64,000 nt of DNA from contig CBDFNN010000004.1 in assembly GCA_965250215.1 (NCBI GenBank), positions 2,232,999 through 2,296,998 on the forward strand, written 5' to 3'. The position numbers and the translations under genes are program-made. The notes beneath the pieces were generated by a model that worked only from the letters and a program-made list of their open reading frames with translations, had not been told where the DNA came from and did not search any database. The stretch is from Rhodothermales bacterium. Lineage in GTDB: Bacteria > Bacteroidota > Rhodothermia > Rhodothermales > DATKEJ01. Within the stretch, counting starts at the first letter, position 1. Each line of letters begins with the position of its first letter. This document shows, piece after piece, positions 60,072 through 64,000 of this stretch.

Positions 60072-62353
60072 GTTTACGGGAATCTCAGGAGACAGTGGCC
60101 AGCTACGAAGGTGGCTACATGGGCGTTTCTGCTGTCCCAGGAAGCGGCAAGACGACCACATTGTGTGCCTTAGCGGTTCGTCTCATTAAGAATAGGATCA
60201 AGGGTAGTCAGAGAGTTTTGATTGTGACCTATCAGAACGCCGCCGTTGCAAATATTCAGACGCGCATTATGAAGATGCTTGATAGTGAATCACTTCTTCC
60301 GACAGGTTACGATGTCCGAACTCTCCACAGTCTTTCTCGAGGAATACTCAAGGAGAACCCAGGACTTATTGGACTGGATCAGCGATTCGAGGTTTTAGAC
60401 GAGAATACCGTTGCACGTATTCTGGACAATGCGGTCGACCTTTGGTGTCGTGTAAATGCCGGACGCATGGAAAGCTTGAGGAGTAAGAGTGACGTCAGAA
60501 GTCCGATACAGTTGAAGAAACTGATAAGGAATGTCGGAAAGACGGTAATGGATAGCTCTAAAGACTCCTTGCTGAATCCGAACGCACTCCTCGATTTGAT
60601 CGAGAGCAGGCAGGGAGTCCTTGATATCTCTGATGAGCTCTTGAAAATTGGAGCTGAGATTTACGCAGACTATCAAAAAGAGATCGAGAGTAGGGGAGCT
60701 GTTGATTTCAATGATTTAGTCAGGTATTCAGTTAGACTACTTCGAGATCATCCTGATATTTTGCTCCGTTATCGCAATCGATGGCCCTTTATTCTAGAGG
60801 ATGAGGCTCAAGACAGCGTTCCTTTGCAACAAGATCTGTTGTCCATGCTCTCCGGTCAAGGGGGCAACTGGGTTCGCGTTGGTGATCCAAATCAAGCCAT
60901 TATGAGCACATTCACCTCAGCAGAGCCAGCTTATCTGATGCAGTTTCTTGATAGACCGGACGTAGAAGTAAGACCTCTTTTGCAGGCAGGCCGCAGCGGA
61001 ATTTCCGTGATAAATCTAGCAAACGATCTGGTTAAGAAAGTTGTTGAAGATCATCCAATAGATCTCGTTAAGAAGCTCTCATTCAGAAAACAATTTATTG
61101 AGCCAACTAAGCCGGGTGATCCTCAAGAGAATCCCCCTGAATCGCAGAGTAAGGTCTTCTTTCACGAATATCCATCGAGATCTCTCGAAGTAGCGGCTAC
61201 ATGTGATCGAGTTATGAAATGGATGGAGGCTTATAGGGGAAAAGATTTTACCTATGCCATTCTTACGCCAAACAACAACCAAGGTGCTGATGTCATAAGT
61301 GCGTTGAAAGAACGGAAGGCTCCACACGTCGAGATGCTGAAAACCTCGTCTGAGTCAAAAAAGACTGCAAGTGGCCTCAGTGATATACTTGAATTATTAT
61401 GTTATCCGGCAGGCAAGCCTAGTCGACAAAATGCACAAGCTTACTCGATTACGAGCCTACTCAATAAAGTCTATCACTTTGTCAAAACATTACAAACGGA
61501 CACAGACCTCGTAGAATTGGAAAACATGAACCTGCGTGTTTTTCAGGGGATCGAATTGGAGGACTTTCTCTATCCATCGCCAATTCAGAGAAAGTATCTC
61601 GTTCTTGAAAATAGTGAGCTGGAGGATTTCAGAATAAGATTGAAGAGGTGGTTTGATGCTCTAATACTTCCCATTGATCAACTAATTTTAACTATCACTG
61701 ACGACATCCTAAAGAAAGAAAAAGCGGAAGTCGGAAGGCGGATAGCATCTCTAGTTAAAGGTTGGTCGGAAGATGATCCTCACCTGACATTGCCTGAGCT
61801 TTCAGGTGTTCTAATTGCTGCTCTCAACAACAATCGCGTCCGACTGGAAGACGAGATGAGTGAAATGGAGCCTCAGGTTGACAAGGTAAGTGTGTCGACT
61901 CTGCACAAATCGAAAGGCTTGGAGTGGGATTTCGTTTTTGTATTGCACGCAGGAGCTTCAAGGTTTCACTATGATTTCAACGACAGATTCTTTGGCGAGT
62001 ATAGAAGCTTAGGCGGCTATCCAGCATTCATGGCAAAGTCTAGGCTTTTGCAGATATTGAATGACAGGACACATTTGGATGAGCCAAGGTCCATCGCCAA
62101 CAAGTCATCTCCCGACTTGTTCGGGGGATCTGCTTCGCCCGATACGGTTTCATCGTTCGAGGCGAAATCTGCAATTCCAGTTAGTGCCGATCCCAAAGCG
62201 GATGTGATCGCAGAAGATATGCGACTTCTATATGTCGCCATTACAAGAGCTAAGCGCGTCATCTCGATATCGTGGAATACCAAGGAGGATGGGAAAAACT
62301 ATGAAGTAAAGGCATCAAGGATAGTCCAAGAACTGGCGGCGGAAAATGGATAA
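60059..62353 (+). CDS. UvrD/AddA-like SF1A DNA helicase lacking a C-terminal nuclease domain
   Basis: Motif I is VSAVPGSGKTTTL and motif Ia is LIVTYQNAAVANIQ. Motif II is ILEDEAQDS. Motif III is VGDPNQAIMSTF. Motif V is VSTLHKSKGLEWDFVFV. Motif VI is LLYVAITRAKR, and the protein ends shortly after it. Confidence 0.85.
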   Translation: MGEISLRESQETVASYEGGYMGVSAVPGSGKTTTLCALAVRLIKNRIKGSQRVLIVTYQNAAVANIQTRIMKMLDSESLLPTGYDVRTLHSLSRGILKENPGLIGLDQRFEVLDENTVARILDNAVDLWCRVNAGRMESLRSKSDVRSPIQLKKLIRNVGKTVMDSSKDSLLNPNALLDLIESRQGVLDISDELLKIGAEIYADYQKEIESRGAVDFNDLVRYSVRLLRDHPDILLRYRNRWPFILEDEAQDSVPLQQDLLSMLSGQGGNWVRVGDPNQAIMSTFTSAEPAYLMQFLDRPDVEVRPLLQAGRSGISVINLANDLVKKVVEDHPIDLVKKLSFRKQFIEPTKPGDPQENPPESQSKVFFHEYPSRSLEVAATCDRVMKWMEAYRGKDFTYAILTPNNNQGADVISALKERKAPHVEMLKTSSESKKTASGLSDILELLCYPAGKPSRQNAQAYSITSLLNKVYHFVKTLQTDTDLVELENMNLRVFQGIELEDFLYPSPIQRKYLVLENSELEDFRIRLKRWFDALILPIDQLILTITDDILKKEKAEVGRRIASLVKGWSEDDPHLTLPELSGVLIAALNNNRVRLEDEMSEMEPQVDKVSVSTLHKSKGLEWDFVFVLHAGASRFHYDFNDRFFGEYRSLGGYPAFMAKSRLLQILNDRTHLDEPRSIANKSSPDLFGGSASPDTVSSFEAKSAIPVSADPKADVIAEDMRLLYVAITRAKRVISISWNTKEDGKNYEVKASRIVQELAAENG

Positions 62354-63203
62354 GCAAGAACTCAAAATAGAATCGGTATCGAAAACAGCTCTCAATGTTT
62401 TCGATAGATGTGAACGAAAGTTCTGGCTACGATATGGCGAAGACTTGAATTGGCCGGGTGCTGCAAGTCAACTGACCGCAAGCAGGGAAGAACAAATGCG
62501 AAAAGGTAAGCTCTTTCATGACTTGATTGAGCAGGAAGCTGCGGGCGTCGAGGTCCAGGATTTTATCAAAGATTCGGGCGAGGAAGAGATAAAGGAATGG
62601 TGGAAAAATTACAAGGAATTCGCGCCTGTAATTGGAGATGATGACCTCGTGTTTACGGAGACCCAGCTTCAAATGATTGTGGACGAAGTCTTAGTCTTGG
62701 CAAGGTACGACAGGATAATTATTCGACCTGATGGAAGTGCCTTAATAGTAGATTGGAAGACGGTGGATCACCCGGAGCAAAACATGGGGAGACTCCGCCT
62801 GGATTGGCAAACGGTGATCTATCCTATCGTTTTAAAAAAATGCTTCTCCGCTTTGCCTGGCATGAGCGGGCTCGAACTTAGTAATGTTGCTTTCATGTAC
62901 TGGTACGCTGGAAGTCCTGAAGATCCTGTCCTATTCGAGTTGAGCGACCAAGATATTTTGGCATACGAGGAAAAACTAGGCTCGGCGCTTGATCAAATCG
63001 TCCCAAGGCTCAAGCGTAATGACTATTCCAAGACCGCGATACTAAAGCGATGTGAGGACTGTCCATATGCCGTCCTTTGCGACAGGTTAGACGTCCCGGA
63101 GGATGGAGATGCAGAAATGACGGAAGCCGAGTTTCTTGAGGATTTTGAACTATTTGATTGGTCTGATCTATCGGGTGATGACATACTACCTTTGGATATC
63201 TAG
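62346..63203 (+). CDS. Stand-alone Cas4/AddB-type PD-(D/E)XK nuclease with a predicted 4Fe-4S cysteine cluster and an acidic C-terminal tail
   Basis: One N-terminal Cys (FDRCERKFW) plus C-terminal CEDCPYAVLC (CX2CX5C). Nuclease motifs GKLFHDL, ARYDRII, LIVDWKT (DxK) and QTVIYPI (QxxxY). The tail is DVPEDGDAEMTEAEFLEDFELFDWSDLSGDDILPLDI. There is an 8-nt overlap with the helicase gene. Confidence 0.75.
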   Translation: MDKQELKIESVSKTALNVFDRCERKFWLRYGEDLNWPGAASQLTASREEQMRKGKLFHDLIEQEAAGVEVQDFIKDSGEEEIKEWWKNYKEFAPVIGDDDLVFTETQLQMIVDEVLVLARYDRIIIRPDGSALIVDWKTVDHPEQNMGRLRLDWQTVIYPIVLKKCFSALPGMSGLELSNVAFMYWYAGSPEDPVLFELSDQDILAYEEKLGSALDQIVPRLKRNDYSKTAILKRCEDCPYAVLCDRLDVPEDGDAEMTEAEFLEDFELFDWSDLSGDDILPLDI

Positions 63204-64000
63204 ATGTCGATAATTTCCGACAATACAAGTCTTGATTGGCGAGAGTCTGCGGCCCTTTCGGGCGCATCACTGTCTGTCTCGAGTTTAGTTAGGGAATTGA
63301 AAATTCCAGTTCTTGTGGCTGAGATGTTGGCTCGGCGTGGATTTGAAGATGTTCACGAGGTTAGGGAATTTCTCTATCCAAGTCGCGAAATGTTACTTGG
63401 GAAAATAGCTCTACCGGAAATCGAGATTGCCGCGGATCGTTTGTTGGAGGCTCGAAATACGAAGGAAAAGGTCGTTATTTGGGGCGACTTTGACGCAGAT
63501 GGTCAAACTTCGACTGCTCTTCTGTACGACGCATTTGTTGAACTCGGTATCAACGTGGATTGGTATGTACCAAATCGATTTGGCGAAGGGCATGGACTCA
63601 ATGAAGAAGGGCTTAGTGGGCTTGCCAAGGAAGGAGCAAGTTTAATTGTAACCTGTGATTGCGGATCTGTCGATGTTGAGCAAGTAGCTTTTGGGAAATC
63701 TATAGGTCTTGAATTCATTATCACTGATCATCACATTTTAAGCGAAGTCAGGCCAGATGCTCTTGCCTTGGTTAATCCCCAATGTGTTGATGCGGATCAC
63801 CCCAGTAATGTCCTCTGTGGAGTAGGTGTAGCCTATAAATTAGTCTGCCTAATGTTTGAGAAGGAGGGTCGGCCTGAGCCAGAGGAGTATCTAGATCTGG
63901 TAGCTCTCGGAACGATTGCTGATGTTGCCGCTCTGACCGGCGAGAATAGATTTCTAGTGATTGAAGGATTAGATAGAATGAAGAGCGATCCTCGGCCGGG
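63204..64000 (+). CDS. recJ: Single-stranded-DNA-specific exonuclease RecJ, N-terminal part; continues past the window end
   Basis: Not in the ORF track because it is open-ended. Manual translation from ATG 63204 gives MSIISDNTSLDW..VVIWGDFDADGQTSTALL..YVPNRFGEGHGL..LIVTCDCGS..FIITDHH, which are the DHH family motifs I-III. The ATG directly abuts the upstream TAG. Confidence 0.92.
   Translation, partial: MSIISDNTSLDWRESAALSGASLSVSSLVRELKIPVLVAEMLARRGFEDVHEVREFLYPSREMLLGKIALPEIEIAADRLLEARNTKEKVVIWGDFDADGQTSTALLYDAFVELGINVDWYVPNRFGEGHGLNEEGLSGLAKEGASLIVTCDCGSVDVEQVAFGKSIGLEFIITDHHILSEVRPDALALVNPQCVDADHPSNVLCGVGVAYKLVCLMFEKEGRPEPEEYLDLVALGTIADVAALTGENRFLVIEGLDRMKSDPRP

Overview
Gene-dense chromosomal segment with about 58 protein-coding genes and one tRNA. 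I found no rRNA, CRISPR array, transposase, integrase or phage genes. Most genes are core housekeeping. They include dnaK (partial), pgsA-pyrE-cinA, recA, eno, a men operon (menF-D-B-A-E), lptC/OstA-like/lptB plus an LptD-like outer-membrane protein, DAHP synthase, glmS, prfA, rpsF-rpsR-rplI, a dsbD-like gene, comF and recJ (partial). Three things point to a diderm of the FCB/Bacteroidota-like group: start codons mostly lack Shine-Dalgarno sequences, a TAnnTTTG-type promoter motif sits upstream of the tRNA, and there are many lipobox lipoproteins. This placement is inference only, since no marker search was possible. The best candidate for an undescribed system is a tightly coupled four-gene operon at about 57.9-64.0 kb. 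It encodes a Walker-A-only degenerate SF1 helicase-like protein, a UvrD/AddA-like helicase without a nuclease domain, and a stand-alone Cas4/AddB-type Fe-S PD-(D/E)XK nuclease with an acidic tail. The nuclease stop codon abuts the recJ start. I read this as a split, three-polypeptide AddAB-like DNA-end-processing or possibly defence module wired to RecJ. Secondary items are listed in the findings: a 5 kb accessory-looking insert between cinA and recA carrying a 1132-aa secreted protein with about 180-aa tandem repeats and a dockerin-like C-terminus; an orphan DUF5706/PycTM-like membrane protein; structured intergenic regions upstream of recA and rpsF; and a YfhO-like/methyltransferase-like/GT4 envelope cluster. 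All product calls come from motif recognition by eye in the supplied translations. No database search was run.
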